A program made the translations under genes and the position numbers. A stretch of DNA of 64,000 bases from Heptranchias perlo. Lineage: Eukaryota. The DNA lies in assembly GCF_035084215.1 (NCBI RefSeq), contig NC_090349.1:37758001-37822000 (forward strand), read 5' to 3'. Numbering within the stretch: position 1 is the stretch's first letter; each line of letters starts with the position of its first letter. Below are positions 24,346-37,800 of the stretch, piece by piece. A model generated the notes under the pieces. That model saw nothing but the letters and a program-made list of their open reading frames with translations. It was not told the origin of the DNA and made no database searches.

Positions 24346-24722
24346 GTCAGACTATTTTAAACTGCTGCACTGCAGCGGTTCGAGCACCTTTTCAGAGCAC
24401 CAAGGGATGGGCAATAAATGCCGGCCTTGCCAGTGACACCTACGTCCTGAGAATGAATTTTTAAAAAAGATGGACCTTCTCCCAACATCAGGGAAGTTCA
24501 GCAGCTGGAGTTGCAAATTTTGAAAATCCCTCTTCAAAGGATTGAATGGGGTGAACTCACCACACCAGCAGTCGCCCTGCATTGATCAATCACGTCCAGC
24601 TGAAATTATAAACATATTATCAGAGTCTAAAGATTGCTCTCGTGTGGTTGCAGGACTACTTTAACCCCTTCCCTGCATAGACAGATTAAACGAAACTAGG
24701 CATTTTTAACAAAGAAGGAAAT

Positions 24723-24728
24723 TTTATT
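24723..24728 (-). other. CRYBA4 polyadenylation signal
   Basis: AATAAA on the minus strand about 70 nt after the stop codon. Confidence 0.7.
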
Positions 24729-24796
24729 TTTTTGTTATTTCCATATTGCTTTGAAGATTAAAACAGGAGTGTGTGGGTACAGTCAACTGAGTTCAT

Positions 24797-24944
24797 TTAC
24801 TGCTGGATTCTGCGGATGGATTGGATCTGGAAGGTCTGTGCGTGGGAGCCCCACTCCCTCCAGTGCTTGTACTCCCCGCAGTGACGGTCGCATTCCATGA
24901 TGAACTGGTAGCCACGGTAACCAGGATACTGGTAGCATACCCAC
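24797..24944 (-). CDS. CRYBA4: CRYBA4 last exon, Greek key motif 4
   Basis: [48 protein letters not shown] ending in TAA; 148 nt. Confidence 0.97.
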
Positions 24945-27900
24945 CTGGAGGGGGAGCAAATTTGTTACCAGGGGCCAAAGTATGTTTAACAACTGAATAA
25001 AAACTTGTCCCAGTAGACTTGCTTCAGTGTTAATTATATAGATGGGGCACTACTTGAACTAGTGTCTGAAATCTGATATATTTGTAGTTTTTGTGTGAGA
25101 TGGTATGTGTGGGTCTCATTGGAATCTTACTGCCAGACTGTGCTGCATTTGAATCCAAGTCCCAGCAGTGAAAGGATAATGTGCTAACCTACTGTGCAAT
25201 CCAGTACTCTAATTTGTGTCATAGTAATAAAATAAATTCCATTTAATGTTCATAATTTTGGGTAGAACACAGTTAGCATATTGGCCCGGAAATTGCTCCA
25301 AAAGTAACGGAGAGCCCAACGGCGCTCACCGTTATTTGTGGACAAATGGAAGAGCAAGTTCAAGAGAGCGCGCGTGCGCAGTCAAACGTGGAAATCCGGA
25401 AACTGCTCTTCCTGATTCCCTGCTGATCCGAAACCTCTGTGGATTGACAGCTCGCTGACTGCCTCTCGACTGAAATGAATGGAGGAGCATGAACTTGCTG
25501 CTGGAATGTGGTAAGTACCCACTAAGATAGACTGATAAGGTTAGGGCTACTCCAAACGAGGAGCTCCAAACTAACTTTTAACAGCGTGGTAAGTATTAAT
25601 GACTGCCAAACAACCTCTCTGGCACTGAAAATTAGCGTTTAAAAATATGGACTCTCATTCCTCCCGATATTAAGAGTTTTTGGACATTTATTTCTTTACT
25701 TTTTCTTTCTGTCTCTTTTATCTCTGTCTTTTAATCTTATCCTTTCTTTCGTTCACTTTCTCTAACTGATTTTATAGTGAATTTACTAATATATATGTCA
25801 CTTCCTGGTTCTTAGTCTGCGCAGCTTGTGAAGGATGCTTCACTTCCTGGATATCACTGCGTGGCTTGTCAATGATGCTTCAAGCTGATTGGTTGAGGGG
25901 ACAGAGAGACCCTTTCCCCGCTCACACAGCTCAGAGAAGCCCAGGAAGGACGGCCACACTTGTTTAAGCTCACCATTGAAGGAAGTTGCTGCCGAAAAGC
26001 CCACGGATACTTTAGTGGGTGAGTTTAAATCTAATGAGCGGCGAGCATTGTTGGTTCGCTGCTCAGAGCAAATCGCGGTCCATTAAGTTTGTCAGTTGTA
26101 TTTTTTTGTTGTTGTGCCTGCCAGGTAAAGGAGGAGAGCCCTGGGGAATGGAAAAACCTTCTCATTTTAGGCACACCCAACTCAGGCACAACACAAACAG
26201 ATTAAAGCTCTTATTACTCTTCCCCAACGAGCTAAGGCCCAAACCTCTGGAGGTCACCTGCTACTGTCCCAGTGCGACATTTCTATTTGCCTCACCAGCC
26301 ATCCTTGTGGATGTTCCTAAGTGAGATTGCCGAGTATTGCCAAATCCTGGGCAGTTTGTGCTGTGGGCTCGCGCCCACAAGTAACTGAGTTGATGCCGTC
26401 CATGCTCATTTTACATTGAATCCTTACACCCAGCAGAGAGAGAGAGGAGGCTTGCATGCCCTCAGTCTGGGCTGTATTCAAACTGTAGTAATGAAAAGAC
26501 TATTAGTGGTTTTATAAATTGTGGTAGTGGTTGGACACAGTTGTATTTTTTGTTGTTGTAATGGTACCAGGTAAAGGGTGAGAGTCCTGGGGACTGGAAG
26601 AGCTGGCACAGGCACAATGGGCCGAATAGCCTCCTTCTGTACTCTATGATTCAATGCTATGGATTTCAGAACATCTGAACTTGAAGAGAAAATGGTGCAA
26701 TCGAGATGCAGACTTTAAGGACACAAAAATTATAGTTGGATGCTAGACTGGCAGATCTAGAATACTAGAGGAACAAGCTTTGGTGGGCCAAATTACTTTT
26801 CTTATGTCATTGTTAGGAGCACTTACGCGCCAGAGTGGACGCGGAAGGATCCAACTTCGTTGTTGCACCAACCCATGGCCTGTAGAGATGGGTAGTCATC
26901 GCTCAGCTCTCCTTTCCTGCCCAGGAAGTTCTCCTTCTCAAAGATGGACATCCTACATTCACGGTGGTTCTGCAGAAAGGTGACTTCAGATAACTTATTT
27001 CTGATATGTACATTCATTTCAAAAATATTCATTTGTGTGCATACATCTCAAGATACACCGTGGCAAGCAGATTTTGAAAAGAAATTGCCCTAAATTTTTT
27101 CTCCATCTCTGTTCAAGTTGCTAACTCATTCTGGGCACAGTTGCATGGCTGGTCACCCTCCAGTGCCTCTCCTATACCCATTCTTTATATATGAGCCTGG
27201 TCATTGAGACCTAGATTTTTGAATTGTAATGAAGCTGGTAATCAATGTAAAATGAATGCGTTACCTTCGGGAAACCTGGGCCAGAGTGTCAGCAGGTTAT
27301 TTGACCATGGGGGGCATTACAGTTTAGCCTGATCTTGTCCTCGTCCAACATTTGCACAGAAGCAATTTACAGTAGAGGTCATTGGATCATGACCAAATTG
27401 CCATTTGTGCCCCTGGAGAGGGGAATCCTGGCCGGGTATTCCCCTCCCCAGTGGCACAAATGGCAATTATAGCACTCCTTCCATCACCCAGCTGACGACT
27501 ACTAACTCACCAGAGACTGGGGATTGAACCTGTGAACTACCTGGCCTATGTGGTGATGTTCCATAGTGGGAAGTGAATGTAACAACTGATGTATTAGATG
27601 TGTTGCTGGCAAGCAAACTTTCTCTTTGCATGCCTGTCAATGTCCTGGACTTCCAGGTTCGATCTAGCAAAGAGTAGGTGAGGCTGACACATTTTCCTCC
27701 TGGAGGATTAAGGTGGAGCCAGAACTTGAGTACAAATGTTAGTCAAGAAGAGTTTTTGAACTCGTGTTTCAAGGCCCTAGAATTGTGCGTGCTCGGTCTG
27801 TCCTCAGAATACCCATCTAAAAAAGGCATTAATGCCCGTTTACCATCACTGTATGATTATGCCAACAAATTTACCATTAGAGAGCAAATGAACCTGACAG

Positions 27901-30900
27901 ATACGTGGTTGGATTGAATTTACCTGTTCCTGTTCTTGGAGACCAAACAGAATCACTACTAAAAGAATATCCTCATTTCATTTTTTTAAAAAGGCAGTGT
28001 TTGTTTTAATTGGCTCTCTCACCATTTCCAGACCTACCACAAATGGAAAATCCATAACAATGAGCCACTTCATATCTCATCTCTAGTTCTAGTTGTACCC
28101 AGTCTGTTGAATTCCAGTGTTCCACCAATTACCAAAAATTCCAAAGTACTGAGTTTATTTATGTCTCCAAGCTAATGTGCACTGGTCAACTCTTTCCAGC
28201 ACGTGACAATGTGGCATTGATAGTTGACGGAATTGAAAAACAAACTCACCTTCATCTACTAAATGAATTAAGTGAAATGCATAAGGTTTTAATCTTATTA
28301 TTGAGGAACACGAGTGAATGACCAAGGTACGCAATGCAATAAACCAAGTTTGGAAAGGATAGGAGAGAAGATGAGGTAAATCAAGTGGTGGTGGGTAGGT
28401 GACATCAAATTCTGTTAGAGGAAAGGAAGACTGAGGTGGGTAAGGAGTTCCACAGTTTAGAGACGCTGGGAAAGAATGAGTTACAGTAGGAGATTGTGCC
28501 ATGAGTCTTAATTTTTTCACAGTGAGAATCTAGGGAGGAGGAGCAGTGTGTAGGACAGTATAGTTGAAGCTTAGGAGGAACAAGAGAGGAATGTTCAGAG
28601 CAGCAATGACCATAGTAGTATGGATAAAGAGCTAGAAGATATGGTATCCAAGCCTTTATGTTCAGATACAAACTGTTTAACCTCTGGTTTGTAACCTTGT
28701 CTGATTCCCCAATTGTATTATTCACTCCTACTTATACTTTCTTCCCTTGTGTAAAAACATTTCCTCAGTGCTTACATTGTATTATATAAAACGTACAGCA
28801 CAGAAACAGGCCATTTGACCCAACTGGTCCAAGCTGGTGTTTATGCTCCACACGAGCCTCCTCTCACCCCATCTTCATCTAACCCTAAAAAGAATCCTTC
28901 TATTCCTTTCTCCCTCATCTGTTTATCTAGTTGCCCCTTTATTGCATCTATGCTAGTCGCCCCAACTACTCCTTGTGGTAGCGAGTTCCACATTCTAACC
29001 GGTCTCTGGTTAAAGAAGTGTTTCCTGAATTCTGAATTGTGTATCTGAGTGCATAACTGCTTAAGTAGTTTGCGATCTGACTTTAGCACCTTGTATCAGT
29101 TGAAATACTTACAGCGCAGGCAATTGGTTGGAAGGAGGTCAGTCTCTCTACGTGGTAGGCATTGCTGCCACTCCAGCTGTCCCAGCGTGGATACTCACCT
29201 CGCTCCAGGACAAACTGCTGTCCCTGGTAGGCCGAGTGCTCGTAACCCACCCAGCTGCAGATAAAACACAAGAAGGTCAAAATGATTCCAAATAAGCCAC
29301 TGATGCATCAGCCTTTCAGAGACCCTTTCAAATCAGTTTTGATCACCCTCAGTGAGACAGTGTTTGGCTCAGATGTTCCCCAGTGTAGGAATGGAGGGAG
29401 GCACAGTGGGTTTAGTTAACCAGTTCAATATGGCTGATGTCCAGAATGGGGGATATTGACCTCCACTTTCTAGGTGACACAAATGCATTGTACAACAGAA
29501 CCAGAATTTTCCTTTGATGGGTTCTTCTGAGATCCAAATACACTGTCCTACACCATCCTCCTTCATCCCTGCATGTTTATTTGGCTCTGTTAGTAGCACT
29601 CTTGCCCGAAGTTGTACATTCAAGCCCTCCTCTGGGACTTGAGCTAACAATTTAGTCTGGCACTCCAGTGCAGTACTGAGGGAGCGCTGCATTGTCAGAG
29701 ATGCCATCCTTTCGATGAGACATCAAATTGAGTTCCTGTCTGCCTGTTCCAGTGGTTCAGGTGGATATTAAAAGTCCCATGGCAATATTTGATGGAGAGC
29801 AGGGAATTCTCCCAGTATCCTGGTAAAGATTCCTCCCTCAACCAACACCACCAAAAACAGATTAACTGGTCATTCTTTTCATTGCTGTTTGTAGAATGTA
29901 CCTGTGCTATATTTGCCGACATAACAACAATCACTGCACTTTAAAGTAATTCATTGTATGTAAAGCATTTTTCTTTTGACTATTGAAATCAAGCCTATTG
30001 CACACTCCACTACACTATAAATCATTTTTCTCAGGACCTCAAAATGATGGAACTCCTCAGCTATCTCACTTTTTCCTTCCTCCTACAATCTAGGGGCTTT
30101 TTAAAACTAAACTTGGCAGCTAACTTTTATTTACTTGATGGTCCCCTGTATTCCTTTCAACTATGCTGGTGGTATATATTATGGGCCTAAGATTCTCTTT
30201 TGTTTTTGCACAAGTGTTCATCAGGCCATTGTTGTGTACCTTCTCTTCAGTCAAATAGGCAACTGATATACTTAACTGGGTCTGAACAATTAGATTGTAG
30301 CCAGGTTTAATGATCCATTTACCTTAGAGCTCAGCAGCTGATAACAGCTCTGATTTCATCAACATTGCTGTTAAGTTAAAAGAGGTCGAGCTGCTGCCTC
30401 AGGAATCACTGAGAGTCATCTACAGAGGTGGCAGTTCTTGACGTCTCCAGACGCAGCAGTGTTGAAACAGCAATGCAGATGCTATCACCCGCCAGCCACC
30501 ATTTTTCCTGGCTGCTTATACAGGCTAGCAGTTTCCTGATTCTTGGCCTGTTTGAATCTTCCCCAGCCATGGGGAACATCGAGCAGCCAGAAAATAAAGT
30601 TGTGAATCACAGCTATCAAACAAAATTGTTATGCAATTTTTTTTTTGTTCTTGGGATGTGGGTGACGCTGGTAAGGTCACATCTCAGTTTCCCTGGGAAG
30701 GTGGTGCTTCTTCTTGCACCACTGCAGTCTTTGTGGTGTTGGTGCTCCTACAGTGTTAGACAACGAATGGAAATGGCACAAGTCTCAACACAGCAAACGA
30801 TAAACTCAATTATGTTTAAATGAATGGGAAAGTTCTCTGTCACCAATGTAGGTTAAGTCCAAGATCCAGTAGGTATTTCATTGGTAGTGGGGTTCTGAAA

Positions 30901-33758
30901 CCAGGAATCCATTCAGACTCCCACGTCCAATTCTCAAGAGTCCAATATTGGATTAATAGAGTTAAAGCAGAGTAGAGGTTGTTCCAATAACAATCTACCT
31001 TTAGGTCTCTTTAGCACACTTTGTATATATGATGGAGTAGTTACAAGGAGTGCTACTGACATCTAGAGGTAGAACATCAGTTAGCTTTTATTACATTGAC
31101 AGGGTGTCCAATTTAGACACCTTTGAACCCTTCTGTGCCATCTTACTATTATGTAAACTCTCTTGGATTGATCTGGTGCTGTTTCCCAGTCTCCTAGATA
31201 CTCACGCTCCACTTTCCACCTTCATAGAGCGCACAGTTTCAAATCCGAACTCCATGGTATTGTAACATTCTGCTGTGAATTCATGCCGACGACCCTGGAA
31301 GCAATCCTCATCCCAAACAATGATCTGCAGGAGAGCGGAAGAGGGAAGAAAGAAAGGCGGTGTTAGATCATAAATTGCATTACAGCTGCTGTAGTAGACT
31401 GTTATAAGCTAGTTATTAATGTTAGCAGAGAGCCAACATACAACCAGGAGGGTCCATCAATCCAATTCCTGGAATTCGAATCCATTTACCCTTGATGGGC
31501 TGTTAGATGGAGCGTTGCTTGGCATTTCAGGACCAGTTCCACAATGCAGGAATGCATCTTCAGTCAGACAGTCACTGAACAGCATTGATGCCCATAAGGC
31601 CATATGGTCAGTAAGAAAGACTGTGTTGGCTGAATGAAGACATGTGCCAAGGGGGTGAGAGTAACGAGGGTGAAAATAGTTGGGTCAAATAGATAAATTG
31701 AAAAGAAATCATCTCTATGACATGACCAATAACGGCATGAGAGAACTAAAGAGAAAGGCCAAAGGTCTAACTTGGGAGAGCCCGAGTTTGAATTCCCAGT
31801 CTTACGTGACATTCAGGTTTCTCGAGGGAGAATTTTCCCAGCCTATACCAAGCCACCCTTGAGATCCAGGAAGGACTGTTAAAGGAGGTGGCGGGTCCAT
31901 CATCCATACATGCCAACCTAGAAAACTAGCAATGGTTGATACAACTTCAAAAAAGCTGACAACTCCAAACTGCTCTGAATATATGCCTGTACTGCGTGAA
32001 AACAAATAGTTACACAGAAGGATACAGGCTTATCATAACTTAAGTTGCAGGTATAAACCAGCATTCTATCACTTGTATTACAGGAACAATAGTAGCAAGA
32101 GTGCTTTTTGCATCAGTGGTGGTTTTAGCATTTTTTAAGGGGTAAGATTTATTTTCTAAAGGATCCCATAGATATGCCCTGGACATTTCACTGCCAGTGT
32201 GAAATGTGTTGTGATCATTTTAAAGCTGCTTTCGTACCATGTGAGACCCGTGCTACAAACATGAAAACCTGTTTCTTTAGCATGTCCTTCCGGATGTTGG
32301 CCTTTGACCTTCAGATTACAGTCAGTTGTGCGAGACCCATGTCAGGAACCACTGCACAGGCCTTGCACAGTGTAAAAGTAGTTTTAAAAACTGCAAATAG
32401 AAGCAAGATGTGGATTCCACAGGAGGGGGGTCTCGTCATTATCTGCATATTGGGTAGACCAACTTAAAAATTAAAAAAGATTATGTTAAGAAAATTGCCA
32501 TGGTAACTGCAGGCCTAAGAAAACCTCACATTGTGGAAATCCCAACAGGGCCATCACATCATACACCATCACATTAATGAAAGTCATCAAAAGAATTCTA
32601 AAATGGTCTTTAAAGATTTTCTTATTGCAGGATATATGCAATAAACAATGCAGAAACATACTCTGAGTGATAGCACATTAAGGATTGTGACATGTAATTA
32701 TATTTAGTTACTTCAAGCAATTCAATTCTTTCACAACATATTATTTACCTCTGACTGCCTGCTGACTGCAATTAAATATCATTATGTGGTCATTATTAGG
32801 ATTCAACTGAAAAGGTTGATGCTAATGCAGAGCTGGGAGCTTAAAACAGCAATAGTTTACTGGGTCAACATTTGGCTACCAACTGAAGCTGTCCTTTCAG
32901 ACAACACACGAGCAGACATGTTTTCTCAATTCACTCACTTGTCATTATGCTCCCTTGTAGTTAAAATTGGCGGTTTGCCCATCTCCTCACATTGTTTTAA
33001 AATTGACCAGTGCCCTTTGGCTTAGAGCTAGTTGGCCTTTCTACCTCTCTATCAGAAGCCAAGACTTCTTCTGTCTGGTTAAGTGTAGGAATTATATCAT
33101 GTGGCAGCACGCATGCGCGCAGGCACACACACACACACACACGTGTGCATTAAATATTGAGCTGTAGTGATAAGGAGGTGGCTCAGGAACTCTACGGTTT
33201 GAATGGGGGCGGCTGAGATCTGCCTTGTGTTGATTTTGAAGCCAGAACACGGACAAGGTGGATGCTGGGCCCAAACCCTGAGCGTCTGTGTAAAATGTGA
33301 ATGGTTAGCACACATGGCTTTTCAGCTGGAGCCGAGACTAAGCATAGCAGGCTCTGCCTAAAATTGACCCTGTTCCTTTGGGGTAAGAGACCTATTGCCA
33401 CTCGTTGCCTCTCCATCTTATTATCTGAAGATCTGAAGAAAGAACCTGGGTGGGTGTATGTAGCCTGTTGGTGCAGCTTTTAACCCGCGTGTTGTGTTAC
33501 AGTGTGATGTATCCGGCGGTAACCCTAATACAGACTCACTAGACTTGCCAAGCTTGGCTACCAGGAATACTGGGGTGGCCGGTTTTGTGACCCTGCTGAG
33601 TTTATATTCGTGTTGCCGCTGTGGGTGTGCGACCCACGCAATGGGAACCAATGAGAGAGGTAACATGCTTAGTGCTGCCAACCCGAAACAGCATATCTGG
33701 GTCAAAGTAACATGCCCCTTACCTTCCAGTGGCTGGAGAGTTTGGTACAGTGAGTCAT
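24797..33758 (-). CDS. CRYBA4: Beta-crystallin A4, complete spliced CDS (195 aa)
   Basis: Exons 33723-33758, 31206-31324, 29113-29254, 26827-26969 and 24797-24944 sum to 588 nt with GT-AG junctions and consistent phases. Protein: [32 protein letters not shown]...[18 protein letters not shown], diagnostic of betaA4. Confidence 0.97.
25282..26082. mobile_element. Non-autonomous TIR element in the last CRYBA4 intron
   Basis: Left tggcccggaaattgctc versus right gagcaaatcgcggtcca (imperfect inverted repeats). Confidence 0.55.
26827..26969 (-). CDS. CRYBA4: CRYBA4 exon, Greek key motif 3
   Basis: [48 protein letters not shown]; 143 nt. Confidence 0.97.
28390..28700 (-). mobile_element. Ancient LINE ORF2 C-terminus (YYGxCSxE...SYxNSFFP...LWNSLP...VFPSSYNL family)
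   Basis: [19 protein letters not shown]...[22 protein letters not shown]; related 3' ends at about 30020-30190 (+), 41960-42220 (+), 43300-43420 (-) and 47410-47560 (+). Confidence 0.6.
28790..29035 (-). mobile_element. CR1 LINE 3' end
   Basis: [22 protein letters not shown]. Confidence 0.85.
29113..29254 (-). CDS. CRYBA4: CRYBA4 exon, Greek key motif 2
   Basis: [47 protein letters not shown]; 142 nt; ctgcag|...|gtaagt. Confidence 0.97.
29575..29970 (+). mobile_element. Older DeuSINE copy
   Basis: cactccagtgcagtactgagggag...gatgagacatcaaa...aaagtcccatggca. Confidence 0.75.
31206..31324 (-). CDS. CRYBA4: CRYBA4 exon, Greek key motif 1
   Basis: [40 protein letters not shown]; 119 nt; ctgcag|...|gtgagt. 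Confidence 0.97.
33723..33758 (-). CDS. CRYBA4: CRYBA4 first coding exon ([12 protein letters not shown])
   Basis: Minus-strand aagATG...TGG AAG|gtaagg. The polypyrimidine tract and acceptor (ttttctccaccccag) place the exon 5' end at 33789. Confidence 0.93.
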
Positions 33759-33864
33759 CTTGAATTTTGTTTATATTTCGGTTTTAGTCCTGGGGTGGAG
33801 AAAAGAACAAGAGTGAACATACTGCTGGTGGTGTAATGCTTGTGTTGTTGATACCTCCCCTTTT

Positions 33865-34095
33865 TCATAGAATCTTACAGTACAGAAGGAGGCCATTCAG
33901 CCCATCGAGCCCGTGCCAGCTCTTTGAAAGAGCTACCCAGTTAGTCCCGCTCCCCCTGCTCTTTCCCCATAGCCTTGCAAATATTTCCTTTTCAAGTATT
34001 GATCTAATTCCCTTTTGAAAGTTATTATTGAACCTGCTTCCACCGCCCAGGCAGTGCATTCCAGATCATAACAACTTCTCCCCCCACAAGGGTTT
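33865..34095 (-). mobile_element. CR1 LINE 3' end
   Basis: catagaatc...aggccattcagcccatcgag...; same subfamily at 47265-47400, 56990-57210 and 61769-62212. Confidence 0.8.
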
Positions 34096-34719
34096 TTATT
34101 TCTGTTTAAAACTGTCTGTTGTATACGATCTTTCTCAGTTTTTTTGTTCCTTCTCTCTTGAGGACAGGATTTGGTTCCATGGGTACCATTCTGATACAAG
34201 TGACCATTCTCCATGTGTGAATATAGACAGTAGGCTTCAGGTTATCTCACAGTCGGGATATCACATTTACCCCTCATCACGCACGTAGACTTTCCAGAAG
34301 GGATGGCAATCAGAAGCAGCAACCCTAGTTGATTTCCTTTTCCCCTTCTTCGTCTGCGGCTGCCAATTCTACCGTGCCTGGAAACAGCCGACTCGGCATA
34401 GACCAGGTACCTGGGACCTCCCTGGGCCGAATGGCTCACGTGCCAACGTGCAGTTGCCCATGTGAACCTTGGGTGAGGACAGGTTTGAAACTCAGCTGTG
34501 ATGCCTACCATTGTGGACTGGCCACTGATACTCACTGCCTAGACTAACACAGGAAGAATACCCATTTGGGTAAGGTGCCAGATTGAGGGGCAGTATGGCC
34601 CATTCCTGCTCCTCTTTCTTATATTCTTATGTGTTGCAACTTGAATGGTCACCCAATATTTAGTGGCAATTTTCCAGCTTTTTTGTTGAAAGGAGAAAGT
34701 CAACCAGCTCCCCAACCAG

Positions 34720-35080
34720 TTGATAAGCCTAGTGTGTCATTAAGCCGTACAGATCAGAAAGGTCACAGGTTCAATCCCCGGCCTGTGCCGAGTTAGCTTA
34801 TCTCAGTAGTAGTAGGGACAATACAAGTGGCTTTAACGTTCCTGGCTTAAGGAGGGAGGAAGAAATCAGCCAGGGTCCGTGCTCCTGATAACAATCCATT
34901 GTGCCTTTTAAAAAGTGCAGGTTCGATGAGGATAGGATCGAGTTTGGCTGTGATGCCCTCAACAGTAAAATAGCCGGCCGACACGCACTATGGAGGCTCA
35001 TAAATGAAGAGTAGCTGCTTGAGCAAGGTTCTGGAGGAACCAGACTCCAGCATGAATCAGGGCCTGGAGTCGAGGGGAAC
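34720..35080 (+). mobile_element. Ancient tRNA-derived SINE-like family (name not assigned)
   Basis: ggttcaatcccc B box, gagttagct...ctcag, aaatcagccaggg, ggctgtgatgccc; many decayed copies (about 12860, 17260, 23040, 27130, 48650, 49540, 62240). Confidence 0.55.
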
Positions 35081-35416
35081 AAAGCGGAAATATTATTTCC
35101 CAAAAAAAAATCCCTATTCCACAGAGGAGAGGAAAATGAATTTACTCATCAACAAGAAGTCAAATCCCAAACATGTAGATCTGAGGCAAAAAGAAATAAA
35201 ACCAGAAAACACAGCATGTTAGTCAACATCTGAAAGAGAAAGAGGGCAGATTAATGTTTTGGCTGCGACACTTCATCATAGCTGAGCTGAGCCGAGTTTA
35301 GACTTTTCCAGTTGCTATAGGATTTCAGGTCTGACCCTGGAGTCCAAGAGGAAGGAATACAGTTCCGATCAGGCTGGCCCTGAATACCCAAACCCAGGCT
35401 GCTTCTCTTATCCTGC

Positions 35417-36823
35417 AGGCCCAATTTTAACCTTGCCCAGACGGGAATGGGGCATTTGGTGGTTAAAATGGCAGCCGGGCGCTGCGTTCCCGACGTGCTT
35501 CCGCCGGCCACCATTTTAACTGCGCTGTTTTCGGTCTCGGGAAAGGCGCCCGCCACTGGCAGGTGGGGTGGGGGGGACCTCATTAATATGTCCTACGATG
35601 CAATTAGGATTCCAATGTGATTTTAACTGCCAATCGCCAACAAGAGAGAGTATAACCACCTCCCCTTGACATTCAACGGCATTACCATCGCCGAATCCCC
35701 TACCATCAACATCCTGGGGGTCACCATTGACTAGAAACTTAACTGGACCAGCCACATAAATACTGTGGCTACAAGAGCAGGGCAGAGGCTGGGTATTCCG
35801 CGGCGAGTGACTCACCTCCTGACTCCCCAAAGCCTTTTCACCATCTACAAGGCACAAGTCAGGAGTGTGATGGAATATTCTCCACTTGCCTGGATGAGTG
35901 CAGCTCCAACAACACGCAAGAAGCTCAACACCATCCAGGACAAAGCAACCCGCTTGATTGGCACCCCATCCACCACCCTAAACATTCACTCCCTTCACCA
36001 TCGGGGCACTGTGGCTGCAGTGTGTACCATCCACAGGATGCACTGCAGCAACTCGCCAAGGCTTCTTCGACAGCACCTCCCAAACCCGCAACCTCTACCA
36101 CCTAGAAGGACAAGGTCAGCAGGCACATGGGAACAACATCATCTGCACGTTCCCCTCCAAGTCACACACCATCCCGACTTGGAAATATATCGCCGTTCCT
36201 TCATCGTCGCTGGGTCAAAATCCTGGAACTCCCTTCCTAACAGCACTGTGGGAGAACCTTCACCACACGGTTCAAGAAGGTGGCTCACCACCACCTTCTC
36301 AAGGGCAATTAGGGATGGGCAATAAATGCTGGTCTCGCCAGCGACGCCCACATCCCATGAACGAATAAAAAAAAATCACAGCAGCTGTGCACAGTGACGG
36401 ACCCGCCAGTGAAACCTGGCGTCAAGCAGGAGCGGCCCAGGGACTTAAGTATTTTACATTGTTTAATGTTTTCCTCGTGAGCCACTAGGAGCAGGAGAGC
36501 TCCTCCAGGCCCCACTTGGAAACCTTGGGCCTCCCTTGCCCCAGGCTCCCTTCCCCCGACCACAATGGCCGACGGACCCCCCCTGACTTACCTTAGTGCC
36601 GGGGCCATTCCCTCGGGTCCCCGTCAGTGACCTCCTGCTGTCCAAAATCCTTGCTCCTGCCCACCAGCCAGGTATGGATTCTCGCCTGGTTTGGGCGGAA
36701 GTCAGTCTTCCAACATGGAAGTGAAACCCCGGGAATTAAACTCCCTCCAGGCCTCATCCTATGAGCTTGCTACTTTCCCTGGTCCCTACACGCCACACTC
36801 AAGCCCCGAGTTAAAATCTGGGC
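35417..36823. mobile_element. GC-rich TIR element with a nested LINE
   Basis: Left gcccaattttaac and right gttaaaatctgggc. Confidence 0.55.
35636..36373 (+). mobile_element. 5'-truncated CR1-group LINE (same family as 38533-40361)
   Basis: ILGVTID...TIYKAQVRSVMEYSPLAW; near-identical to 39620-40350; A tail. Confidence 0.9.
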
Positions 36824-36884
36824 TTCTGTTACTGATCCCACCCCCAACCCTGCCCTGACACCAAAAGCAAATAGTTCACTTAGA

Positions 36885-37462
36885 ATTACATAGAAATTAC
36901 AGCACAGAAACAGGCTTTTTGGCCAAACTGGTTTATGCCGGTGTTTATGCTCCACATGAGCCTCCTCCCACCCCTCTTCATCTAACCCTATCAGCATATC
37001 CTTCTATTCCTTTCTCCCTCATGTGTTCATCTAGCTTCCCCTTAAATGCATCAATGTTCTTCGCCTCAAATACTTGTGGGAGCGAGTTCCACATTCTAAC
37101 CACTCTCTGGGTAAAGAAGTTTCTCCTGAATTCCCCATTGGATTTATTAGTGACTAGCTTATATTTATGACTCCTAGTTTTGGACTCCCCCCACAAGTGG
37201 AATCACCTTCTCTACGTCTATCCTATCAAACCCTTTCATCATTTTAAAGACCTCTATCAGGACACCCCTCAACCTCCTCTTTTCTAGAATAAAGATCCCC
37301 AGCCTGTTCAGTCTTTCCTGATAGTTATAACCTCTCGATTCTGTTTTAATTCTTGTAAAAAAACCTTCTGCAGTGCCTCTATATCCTTTTTGTAACATGA
37401 AGACCAGAACTGTGAACAGTACTCCAAGCGTGGTCTAGCCAAGGTCCTATACAAGTTCAACA
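36885..37462 (-). mobile_element. CR1 LINE 3' region
   Basis: YQERLNRLGIFILEKRRLRG...[18 protein letters not shown]. Confidence 0.9.
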
Positions 37463-37661
37463 TTCGGTTCATTTACCCATAAATCCTCTCCTTAAGAGGT
37501 ACGACTTTTATTTAACTAAACCTTCCATTGGCCTTTGCCCCCATCAAGTATTTAGATCCAGTATTTATTCTGTTATAGTGTCCTCATCGTGTACGCAGAG
37601 CATTCTGTCCATTATATGAGGTAGTATCACAGTATATTTTCTCAGACGCAGTAGCACTCAC

Positions 37662-37800
37662 CTTGGTAGATTATAGTGGAACATACAGTTCTGGTAGCGA
37701 AGTGTGTTTCCTCTCTGGGTTTTTATAGCTTGCCCTTTAAGCAGAGTCAGTTGCTGAGACCTATATTGTTTAAAGCCCTAGCTCAGCAGCAGGGGAGGGG
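37662..37800 (-). promoter_or_regulatory. CRYBA4: CRYBA4 promoter and non-coding exon 1
   Basis: Minus-strand TATAAAAA at 37720-37727; strong donor ccaag|gtgagt at 37662/37661. Also MARE-like CTGACTCTGC/TGCTGA (37741-37757), Sox-like ATTGTT (about 37765) and TCAGCA (about 37783). Confidence 0.75.

Noticed and set aside
31419-31700. [14 protein letters not shown]...[10 protein letters not shown] as an extra CRYBA4-overlapping gene
   Set aside because: No splice support; faintly resembles an old Tx1/L1 ORF2 end, too weak to call.
33160-33700. CpG-richer block with several overlapping short ORFs in a CRYBA4 intron
   Set aside because: No protein motif, TIR, TSD or LTR termini could be identified; left unassigned.
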